NCBI RefSeq assembly: GCF_009914755.1
Contig: NC_060943.1
DNA length: 64,000 nucleotides
DNA from: the human T2T-CHM13v2.0 reference genome, Homo sapiens
Direction: 5' to 3' (one strand)
This document shows positions 50,986 through 64,000 of the stretch, one piece after another. The position numbers and the translations under genes are program-made. Every line of letters begins with the position of its first letter. Within the stretch, counting starts at the first letter, position 1. Below the pieces are notes generated by a model that was not told the origin of the DNA, searched no databases, and saw nothing but the letters and a program-made list of their open reading frames with translations.

Positions 50986-51654
50986 ATGAGAGAGATTAGT
51001 AGGAAATTAATCACTGAGTCCCATTTATTTTGGGGTTTTTTTACAAGACATACTCACAGATGAACATTACATAGACATATTTATACAACCCTATGTGTTT
51101 TATATGTTTATTTACCTACATGTCTTATATCTGTATCTAAGTCTACAGAGAAAAACATCCAAGAAACTCTGAAATTTGCTTTAAGCATTGTAGTCTATCT
51201 TCGAGTAATAACGCCTAGATTTTCTTGCCTTACTCAAAAACTCACTTCTTCAGCCAGTAAAAGAAATACAATACAGATAATTATATTTTCATTTCCCATG
51301 GGAAAAAAAATCCTCTACATTGATGGAAGCTGTAAAGAGAATATTTTAGCACTTTCAAATTTGAAGGAGGGATTTTAAGCTGAGACTACTTTATCTCTAG
51401 TCCTGTGTTCATCAGAAAAAAAGGGTCACTTTGACCTAGCAATTAATGTTTTACATGGCCTTATTGTATTTTTATCTCCTAGAAGTTAGAAACAAAGACC
51501 AAGGCTTCCTTCTTATATGTTAAATTCAGAGAGACGCACAAAGAGCATACCTACATTTGTGTACTAATTTAGATATAGGGCAGATAAGCTTATACATCTA
51601 TGAAAGTATCTTTGTATATTACTATTATATTATAAATAGTATGATTAATATTAA

Positions 51655-52027
<373 letters not shown>

Positions 52028-52588
52028 ACATATCTGTACTTTACCAATATTGAGACAAAGATAAATACATCTGGACATAAATTTGCATAGGTAGTTAGAT
52101 AAATGAACACACACATACTAGATTATATGAGTAAATCTATGTAAATATTTATGTATATACAGGATGTTCACCAACAGACATTTTAGTACCCCACTACATA
52201 CTAAAAATGCAGATGTGGACTTACTCCCCAATCTCTGGCACAATAGCAATTTAGAATGGAACACAGCCATACAATGTTTGTATAAACGTTTTCAAAGCTT
52301 CGTCTCTAAAGGCAAGGTCTGGAAGGTGAGCTAACCATAAAGCTATGTAAATCTTTATGTCCAGGTTAGCATTTCAGAGTCCTGCTTTGCTTCTCAGTGT
52401 ATGAACGTGCTAATCTCCTTCACCATTTTGGGCCTGCCTTGAAGTATCCATCGTCACCATTTTGATAATTTGCTGATTGGGTCTAACTGGCCTATGCTAA
52501 TTGGCTGATTGGAATTACCTGAACTCAGCTACTTGGACAGTTGAGTTCACCTGAGCTAAACTAACTGATTAAAAATCACCTGGGCTTA

Positions 52589-52906
52589 AGGCTGGGTGCA
52601 GTGATTCATGCCTGTAATCCCACCATTTTAGGAGGCCGAGGCAGGTGGATCTTTTTGAGTGCAGAAGTTAGAGACAAAAAAAAGAAGTTCAAGACCAGGA
52701 GACCAGCCTAGGTAACATGGGATAACCCCATCTCTACAAGAAATACAAAAATTAGTCACACATGGTGGCACATGCCTGTGGTCTCAGCTACTCAGGAGGC
52801 TGAGGCTGGAGATTGCTAGAACCTGGGAGGCAGACATTGCAGTGAGCCAAGATCGCACAACTGCACTCCAGCCTGGGGGACAGAGTGAGACCCTGTCTCA
52901 GAAAAA
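52589..52906 (+). mobile_element. AluJ inserted in the 32-bp array
   Basis: J-type dimer flanked by tcacct(g/a)ggct. Confidence 0.82.
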
Positions 52907-55900
52907 GTTCACCTAGGCTGAGTTAATTGGCTGACTGAAATGACCAGGGCTTAGCTAATTGGCTAATTAGAATCAACTGGTGTGTCATAATTGACTGATA
53001 AGACTCACCCAGGCTCAGCTAATTAATAGATTGACATCACCTTTGCTGAGCTAATTAATTGACTGATTAGAATCATTTTGGCTGACCTAATCAGCTAATA
53101 TGAATCACCTGGGCTGAACTAATTGGCTGATTGTATTCACGCGTGTTGAGAAGCATGAGTAGGGTAATGACTTCTGACATACTTTTATTTTTTTCCAAGA
53201 CATACTCATAAATGGTCATTGCATACACATATTTATATAACCCTGCATGTTATATAACCTACAGAAGAAAGTGTCCAAGGAAAACTAAAATTCACTGTCA
53301 GTACAGCAGTGTATCTTCAAGTTACAGACCTCGACTATTCATTCCCTACCAAATAAAGTTGCTTCTCCAGCCAACAAAACAAAAGACAAGAATTTACTTT
53401 TTTTTGTCATATGTTCAAAAAAAAAAAAAAAGAATCACCTGAATTGGTGGAAGCTTTAAAGAAAAGTTTTCAGCATTTGCACATTTGGGTTAGGGCTTTT
53501 CAGCAGAGGCTAGTTTATTTTTGGTTCTGTGTTCACTAGAATAAAAAGGGTTATCCTTGATTTAGTGTGAATGACTCTCATGGCCTTAGTGAATTTTCAT
53601 CTCCCAGAAGTCAGCAACAAGGACTAATGCTTACTTTGTATAAGTTAAATGCAGATGGATGGACGTTATAGCACGCCTCCATTTGTGTACTACTCTCTAG
53701 ACAGAGTTTATAGGCCAGAACATTGTATACATCTATGGAATTATCTTTATATATCACTATCAGTATCAATACCTATCAACCCTTCCACCTTCTACATCTT
53801 TAATTTTTATGAATAAAAATACAAAATAAATATATCTGGATATAGATATTCATAGGTAGATAAACACACATACTGAATTATATAAGTACATCTATGTAAA
53901 TATTTAGGTGTACACAGGATGTTCACAAAAAGACATTTTCAATACCTTAGTATATAATCAGGATGTGGATACGAACTTACTACCCTACTCTATGCCACAA
54001 TACAAACCCAGAATTGTACATTGTCATACAATGTTGTTTATATAAACATAAAGCTTCACTTTCAAAGGTGAGGTCTTTGAAGTAAGCTGACAGCATAGCA
54101 ATTTAATGCTTTATGACCAGATTAGCATTTCAGGAACCTGCCTACCTTCTCAGTGTAGGAATGTGCTGTCACGTCTACTATTTTGGGCCTGACTTGATGA
54201 ATCTGCAGTCGCTATTTAGATAACTGTTTGATTGAATCCAAGTTTGCTGAGCTAATTGGCTGATTCTTTTGCCTGGGCCCTGCCTGCAGAAGTCATTTTG
54301 ACGTATCTATGGTCCCATCAGAGATGTGACTGTCCTCTTATGCCCAGACCCTGTTCACAGTGAAGATTGTGACATATGGCTTGGCTTAGCACCTAAGTGA
54401 TGTGACTCTCCTATTATGCTTGGGCCCTGCCTACAGGGGTTATTGTGACATAAAGCTGAGCCCAGCTCCTATGTTATGTGACTCTCTTCTTCTTCCTGAG
54501 CCCAACCTACAGGGGCAATGTTTACATATCTCTGGGCTAAACATATCTCTCTGCCAGTTAAACAGTTTTCTTCTGTTCATCTCTAATGGAAGTTTGTAAA
54601 TGGCACTACTTAGTGAATGGAATAGCTTTCTAAAAGCTCAGGTGCTACTGAGAAGCTGACACAGGATTTCAGTGCACTTAATTCTAATCAAGCAACAGGA
54701 CTCAACCTAGGAAGAAACAGCTGGGGAAAAGAACCTGGGCAATGTGACACTCCATCCTGGGCACTCCCATTAGGGGGGATTGTGACATATCTTTAAACCT
54801 ATCAACTATTTGATGTGACTCTCCTGTCTCACCTGGGCTTTGCCCATGGGCAAGATTGTGACATATGTATTGGGCCATAACCCAGGTGTTGTGACTCATT
54901 TCTCCTGCCTGATAACTGCTCCCAGAGTGGATTGTGGCATATGGTTGGGTTCAACACCAAGTTGGTGTTGCTCTTTTGCCTTGGCCCTGCACTCAGGAGA
55001 CACTGTGCCATTTCACTGGGCTCAGCACCGAGGTGATGTGAATCTCCTGCCTTGAATCTGTTCGGGGGGGACATTGTGACATATCTCAGGGCTCATCAAC
55101 TTACAACATATTTGAGATGACTCTTTTATCTGATGTGGGCCTTGCCTATTAAAGTAATTGTGACATATCTCTGGGCCCAGTACCTAGGTGACATGACTCT
55201 ACTCTCCTGCCTGGACTTTGTCCACAGAAGGGAGAGTGATTATCACTGAGCCCAGCACACAGGTCATTTAATACTTCTGCGTTGGCCCTGTCCACATGTT
55301 CATTGTGATATAACTCTGGGCCCATGCCCTAGGCAATGTCACTCTCCTCTTTCGCCTGGGCCCTCTCCTTAGTGGGGATTGTGACATATTACTTCTCCTA
55401 GCACCTAGGCGATGGAACTTCCTCTCATGCCCGGGCCCTGCCTATGTGAGTGATTGAATAGATGGCTAGACGCAGCCTCTATATTATGCCACTCTCTTCT
55501 TCCTGAGCTCTACCCACAAAGGTATTGTAACATCTCTGAACCCCTCTCCTAGGTGATTTGACGCTTCTTTCTGAACCCTTTCCTCAGGGGCTGTTGTGAC
55601 CTATTACTAAACACAGCACCTAGGTGATCTGACTTTTCTACACTGCTTGGGTTCTGCCCACAATATAGATTTTAATTTATAGCTGAGAGCCACACCTAGG
55701 TGATGTTACTCTCCTATCCTGCCTGATCCCTGGATACATTGTGTATTGTGACATATCACTGGGTCCAACAGTTAGGTGATGTGACCCTCCTGCATGGGCC
55801 CTGACACCAGGAGTATTATGGGATATCTTTGATTCATCACCTTGGTGATGTGACCTTCCTCTTCTGCCTGGGACATGCTAAAAACGGGGATTGTGACACA

Positions 55901-57432
55901 TCCCTGTACCAGCACCTAGGCGATGTGACCGTTCTTTTGCCCGGGCCCCATATACTTTGAGTATTTTAACATATTGCTGGGCTCAACATCCATGGGATAG
56001 TACACTCCTGCCTGGGCCTTGCCCACAGGGAGACTTGTGACATATCTCTGCATGCATCACCTAGATGTTGTGACTCTTCTTTTCTACCTGCACCCTGCCA
56101 ACAGGAAGGATTGTGACATATCGCTGGGCTTAGCAACTAGGTAATGTGTCTCTCCTGCGTGGCCTTTTCCACAGGGGTCATTGTGACCTATCGCTGGGCC
56201 CAGCACCCAGGTAATGTGATTCTTATTGCCTGTGCCCTGCTCACAGAGTAAATTGGGACATATCACTGTGCCCAACACCCAGGTGACATGACTCTGCTGC
56301 TTGTGCCCTGCTTTCAGGAGAAGATTGTGACATATCTTTGGCCAAGCACCCAGGTGTTGTGACTTTTTTTTTCCTGCCTGCGTCCTGCCACAGTGAAAAT
56401 TGTGACATATCACTGGACCAGCACTCGGGATTTGACATCCCTTCTCACTCTCTATGCACAGGTGGTATTGTGATGTATAGTTTGGCCTAGTTCACAGGTG
56501 TGATGATTACTCTCATACTTTGAACCAGCTAGTAGGAGAGATACTGTCTTTTGTAGCTTGACTTAGCAAAACAAGAGTCTGGGTTATTTCCTTTCACAAA
56601 AATCACAGGGGATTATCATGCTCTTGCCTATCACATAAAGCCCTTGGGTGGTACAGGGTGTCATAAAGGGGCCCAGCATAGAGGTGAGATTGTGTCTCTC
56701 ATATGCAAACTTTGCCAACCGTTAAGATGGTCACCCTTGCATGTGGTCAGAGGCCACTCATGAGATCCTAAATCTCAAGAAAAGATGCAGTCCACGGTTA
56801 GAATTGTGAGAGTCACATGCGAATATCCAGATAGAATTGGGATGGTGACTCATTTCTAAACTAAGCTTATAGGTTCATTGAGCACTCTCACATCTGGACC
56901 CAGCCAATTGGAGAGATGTTGATGTGGGCTTATGGCCACAGGTAAGATCGTGGGCCCATACCAGCCTGAAGGTATCAGAGCAGATCGTGACTCTCACACA
57001 TATCATAAAAAGCCCTCAACTGGTACAGAGAGTATCCTAACGTGACTCAGCACACAAGTGAGATCGTGTCTGCTGTACACATGCCCAGATGACAGTAAAG
57101 ATTGTCATCCATTAACACTAACACAGCCCATTGCTGAGGTCCTGAATCTCACACCCAGAAGCAGTTGAAAGTTGGAAAATTGACTCTCATATGTGAATCC
57201 GGTCCACAGGTGGGTTGGTGACTCTCAGACCAAGACTCAGCACACTCGTGAGACTGTGACTCCGCTAAGGAGACAGGCTGCGGGACGGATTGAGGCTTTC
57301 ACGCGTGGCTCCAGTCCACTGTTGAGACTGTGAATCACGTACTTAGACTCAACATACAGGAGGTGTTTCCTCTCATACCTGTAATTGAGAAATGTGCAGG
57401 ATTGTTAATCTCATCCCTGGCCTTTCATGCAG

Positions 57433-58692
<1,260 letters not shown>

Positions 58693-60317
58693 GTAATGTG
58701 ACTTCCCTGCTTACTCCCTATTCAGAGGAGAAATTATTACATATAACCTGGCCCAGCTCACAGGTTTGATGACAATTCTCATACCTCAAACAAGCCAATA
58801 GAAGAGATACTGTCTCTCTCAGCGAGGCTTAGGAAAACTGGTAAAATACCTGTGTCTCCTCTTTGTATGAAGGTCATAGAGAACTACCACGTGCTTTGTA
58901 TACGGCATAAAGCTCTTGAGTGGTACAGTGGTACAGAGAGTGTCCACATGTCCTAAAACAAAGGGGATATTGTGTTTCTTGTATACACACCCAGACACCT
59001 GTTAGGATTGTCACCCTAACACCTGGATACAGACCATTGGTGAGGTCTTGTGTCTCACATGCAGATGCAATCCACAGTTTGATTCCTGACTGTCAAATGT
59101 AAACACCTGTCCAAAGTTGGGATGGTGACTCATTTCTAAACCCAGCTCATAGACAAGTGAGGACTCTTCTGTCTGGCCCAGTTAATCCGAGAAATATTAA
59201 CTTTTCTACCTGGGCTTAGGGAGCAGCATAAAGGTCTCGGGGCAAATTGTGGCTCTCATTCCTAGTCTACAATGATCTTGGGTAGTATTAAATGTCCTAA
59301 CGGGGTTCAGCGCACAGGTGAGATTGTGACAGTGATATCCACACCCAACTGACAGTAAAACTTGCCATCTTTCCTCATGGATACAGCCCACTGTTGAGGT
59401 GTTGAATCTCATAACCAAAGGCAGTTGAAAATTAAAACATTGTCTCTCATTGGTAGACCCAGTCCACAGGGGGGTTGGTGACTCTCAGACCAAAATTCAG
59501 CACAGTTATGAGGTCGTCACTCCACTAAGAAAACGGAATTCCCAGAACAAATTGAGACTGTCATGCACAAATCCAGCCCACCACTGAGATTGTGACTCAT
59601 TTACTTAGACCCAACATATAGGAAGTGTTGACTCTTATACCTAGAATTGGGACATGTGTAAGATTGTTCATCTTTTCCTCAGACTTTCCTGCAGGAGTGA
59701 TGCTGACATGTTCCTCTATTTGGCATCTGAGTGATATGACTCTTGCCATGGTCTAGCCCACAGATGGAATTGTGATGTGTTGCTGTACCCAGCACCTAGG
59801 TGATGTAACTCCATTTTTCTGCCTTGGCATTGCTCACAAAAGGTATTTTGACATATCTCTGGGGTATGTACCCAGGTTTCATGACTCTCTTGCCTGTGCC
59901 CTGTCCACAAATTGTCATGAAATATTGCTGGGTCCAACACCCAGGGATGTAACTCTCATGCCTAGGCCCTGCCAACAGGGGGAATTGTGACAAATCTGTG
60001 TCAATAACCCAGGTTATGTGACTCTCTTTTTTTGCCTGGTCCCTGCTCACAGAGGGCATTATGACATATTGCTGAACTCAGCACCTAACTGATGTGATTC
60101 TCCTTTCTAGTTTTTGCCCACAGGGGAGATTGTGACATATCACTGGGCCTCAAACTAAGGTGAAGTTACACTTTCATTTTCGAACTGTACTCAGAAGGCA
60201 TCGTGACATATTCCTGGGCCCAGCACCAAGGTGATGTGAGTCTCCTGCCTGCACTTTGCCCACAAATGGCATTGTAACATATCTTTAGACCTATCAACTA
60301 CTTGATATGACTTATTT

Positions 60318-60795
60318 TTTTAAAGTGAAAGCAAGTTTATTAGAGAAGTAAATAAACAAAAGAATGGCTACTCCATAGACAGAGAAGACCTCAGGGCTGC
60401 TCATTGGCTCTTTTCATGGTTATTTCTTGAGTACATACTAAACAAGGGATGGATTATTTGTGAGTTTTCCAGGGAAAGGATGGGCAATTTCCAGAACTCA
60501 GGGTGCCTTCCCTTTTTAGACCATATAGGATACCTTCCTAACATTGCCATGACATTTGTAAAGTGTCATGGTGCTGTTGGGAGTGTCTTTTAGCATACTG
60601 ATGCATTACATTTAGTGTATAATGAGCAGTGAGGACTAACAGAGGTCACTTTCATTGCAGTTTTTCTTTCGGTGGGTTTTTGCTGTCTTTTGTCCTGCAT
60701 CCTCTTTTATCAGCAAGGTGTTTGTGAATGGTACCTTGTGGTGACCTCTTGTCTTATCCTGTGACATAGAATGCCTGATCTTCTGAGAGCACAGG
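60318..60795 (-). mobile_element. MER41-family LTR, truncated at both ends
   Basis: gtgaaagcaagtttatt, aagaatggctactccatag, ttgccatgacatttgtaaa. Confidence 0.85.
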
Positions 60796-62600
60796 AATTG
60801 GGTTAATTCCTTTCTTTTTGAGGTCTCCAGATAACTCGGGGCTCTTGGGCCTGGCAGAAAGTGACACTCCTTACTTGCACAGGTCAGGACCCCTGCGCAG
60901 GGACTGTGTAGACAAGGAAGAAGGCCAATTTTCCCAAAGGGCTTCTACTAGCTCTACAAATCAAGTATGATTTCTCAAAGACCATGATTCCAGTCAAAGC
61001 CTTGGTAAAATAACCTGTGTCTCCCATTGTGTCCTGTTGCAAGTGAAAACATGTTTATTGTACTTATGCAAATAACTATATTGCCATAAATCAAGAATAT
61101 TCACCAATATCTTTGCACATTCTGGACAAATCAGGGAAAGAGAAACAAAATACTCCAAATTATGTTTACAGGAGTATATGTTACTCAATTGTTAAAAGCT
61201 GTAAATAACTCAAAAGTGCTCTTGACTCTGAAAAACAAAGGATCCACAACATTTTAAGCAAAAAGCCAAAAAATATTACTTCCATCTTTTATTAGTTCAG
61301 TTCATGCAGTAAACTCTTGTTCTGCTTGATATTTATTAATATTTCAGCTTTCCATGAGAGTCTTGAAAGTTTTTCCCCTGTTCTAATTTTGCAGTCTTCA
61401 AAGTTATCAGAAATTTGCATTTGAAAGCACCCATCAATGTTCCAGAGCAGACTATAAATTATCTTTTGAAAAGGATTAAAACAAGACAACAATTGTCTGT
61501 GGGTGACAAAAAAAGTCCTAGGACAGCCATTATTAAAGCCACAGTTAACTAGAAATATTGGTTACTCTTGTGGAATAAACAATTTTACATAACAATTATA
61601 ACTATTAACAACATACTATACACTAAGTTATATCAGACTTACAGGAGTTTTCCATAATTTCAGAACACTCACTAATGACATATTTATACAAATACAACCC
61701 CAAGAAAGCCAAATACCATTTCATATTTGACAATACATTCTGTATAATTTTATACCAAATAAATCGAATATATTATTTTTGGACTTTAGGTGACCTAATA
61801 TCTAAAAGATTAATTAGGTCAGAAAAGATGAAATGTATAATTTAATTTTGGAAAGTTTTTCAAATAACAAAGGTTTAAAATATTTTACATTATAAAATCA
61901 AATCCCAGTTCACCCTATGTCATTCATTTAGCCAAAACAGTAACTTTTCTTTTTAAAATTTTTTTAAAAGCCAAAAACTTTTACTTACTAATAAAGGAAA
62001 GACATAGCTTTCCAAACAGTCTGTCTCTTGTCTTTCTTCCTGTACTTTATTCAAAAGACAAACAAAAATCTTTCATTTTTTAAATACAACATGAAAATCT
62101 GGTTCAAGAGTGGAAGCCTATATTTCACCTTTGTGTTAGTATAGTAATGATGCCAAAGTTCTTAATAAAATCTTATATACAACATATCAAAGCTTAATTA
62201 GTTTGACTATAAGGTAAGATTCTCAGAAATCTTTTACAACCCTTTAAAATTTTTGTTAAACGGCAAATCTGTGCTCTAAAAAAAACCTGTTGAGCTTTTA
62301 TTCCAATGTTCAATTTATGGAAAAACTGAATATCTATTTAACTTTAGCCAGTATGTTCACACACAGAATTTTTTTATGAGATTAAATTTTTAAAAACCTT
62401 CCACAACTTGCTCAAACCTTCAGGTTTATTCTAACTTAAAACAACCCTTTAGATCTCTAACCGAGGCCCCAATATTAACATTCTTATGCCTTTTTATAAT
62501 CTTATACTGAAAGCACATTCTATTTTTCTTACACACCTTGCATGTAAAGCTGTTTTTATTTCCCAAAGATTACTTATGTCACATGAACTAAAAGGCATTC
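60796..62600 (-). mobile_element. MER4-group ERV internal fragment
   Basis: gggactgtgtagacaagg, ccatgattccagtcaaagccttggtaaaataacc, gtcacatgaactaaaaggcatt. Confidence 0.75.
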
Positions 62601-64000
62601 ACACATGGACACAGTGCACTGGTGAGGTCTTCAACCTCATATGCGGATGCAGTTCAGTTGGAATTGTGACTGTCATATGTGAACATCCAGCCACAATTGG
62701 GATGGTGACTCATTTCTAAACCCAGCACATAGACAGTTGAGAAACTTCTATCTGGACCAAATCTACTGAAGAGATGTTGACTCTCATGAATGAGCTTAGG
62801 GTCACAGGTACAATCATGGGTGCAGGCTAGCACGAAGGTCTCAGAGCAGATTTTGACTCTCATGCATACCATATAAATACCTTGAATGGTAGAGAGAGTG
62901 TCCCCACAAGGCCCAACACACAGGTAACATTGTGATTATCCCATGCACAGGTGGCTAATAGTAAAGACTGTCATTCTTCCACATGAATACAGCCCACTGT
63001 TGAGGTTCTGAATCTCCCACCCAGAGGCAGTGGAAAGTTGGAGAATTAACTCTCATACATGGATCTGATCCATAGACGAGTTGGTGACTCTCAGACTAAG
63101 ACTCCCAACAACAGTGAGGTTGTGACTTCACTAAGGGAACACAGTTTTCAGGAGAGATTTAGTCTCTTGTGTACAAATTCAGTCCCCTGTTGAGATTGTG
63201 ACTCACATGCTTAGCCCAAACCTACAGGTGTTGACTCTCATACCTGGAACTGGAAAGTGTGTGGGATTAATCTCATCCCTGGACCTTCCTATAGGTGTGA
63301 ATCTGATATATGCCTCTGCCCAGAATCTGAGTGATTCTCCTGCCTGGGTCCAGCCTTCAGCAGAGATCATGACATATCACTTGGTGCAGCACTTAGCTGA
63401 TGTAACCTATTCTCCTGCCTTGGCTCTGCCCATAGAAGGCATTGTGATGTATTGCCAGGCCCTGCACCCAGGTTATGTGATTTCTGCCTGTGCCCTGACC
63501 ACATTGGCTATTTTAACATATTGCACTGTCCAACACCAGGTGATGTTACTTTTCCACCTGCGCCCTTCCAACAGCGGACATTATAAACTGTCTCTGTGCC
63601 CATCACTTATGTGTTCTGACTTTCTTCTCCTGCATGGTTTCTGCTCACAGGAGGAATTGGGACATATCCCAGGGCTCAGCACCCAGTTGATGTGACTCTT
63701 CTTTTTTTTCTATGTTCTGCTCACACAAAAGATATTGACCTATTGCTGGGCCCAACACCAAGGTGATATTACTCTTTCACTTTAGCCCTACCCTCAGAAG
63801 GCATGGTGACATATTGCTGGGCCCAACGCAAAAGAGATTTGAGTCCTTTGCCTGGACCCTGCTTACAAGGGGGCATTGTGATATATCTCTGGGCCCATAG
63901 ACTATTTGATCTGAGTCTCCTCTCTTTCCTGGGCTTTACCTAGAGTAGGCATTGTGATATATCTCTGGGCTCTGCACCCAGCTAATTTGACTTGCCTCTT

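Noticed and set aside
63198-63695. 165 aa ORF
   Set aside because: Entirely within beta-satellite, GTG start, no domain similarity, not open in the paralogous blocks

Overview
Primate (almost certainly human) intergenic DNA. I found no credible protein-coding gene, and no KRAB or C2H2 zinc-finger exon. About 45 Alu pieces, old L1/L2/MIR/MER5 fragments and a near-full-length SVA (10.9-12.5 kb, minus strand) fill the first half. At 18.0-24.7 kb there are two tandem decayed class I ERV fragments (Pro-primed, HUERS-P3/MER61-like). At 26-28 kb there is a nested stack of LTRs. At 33.9-44.0 kb an old ~2.4 kb duplication carries two GC-rich segments that resemble the rDNA 3'ETS / Pol I terminator region, and one copy keeps a perfect Sal box. 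At 44.3-54.3 kb there is a diverged ~1.3 kb-unit macrosatellite I cannot assign to a named family. Each unit ends in a 32-bp minisatellite with two CCAAT boxes per monomer. From 54.3 kb to the end is complex beta-satellite with higher-order structure, in which monomers supply splice sites that join in frame into a small ORF. Complex beta-satellite blocks of this kind are characteristic of the 19p12 KRAB-ZNF cluster, but that placement is an inference. All repeat family names are from recalled consensus sequences and need RepeatMasker/Dfam confirmation. Most boundaries are approximate unless a TSD is quoted.
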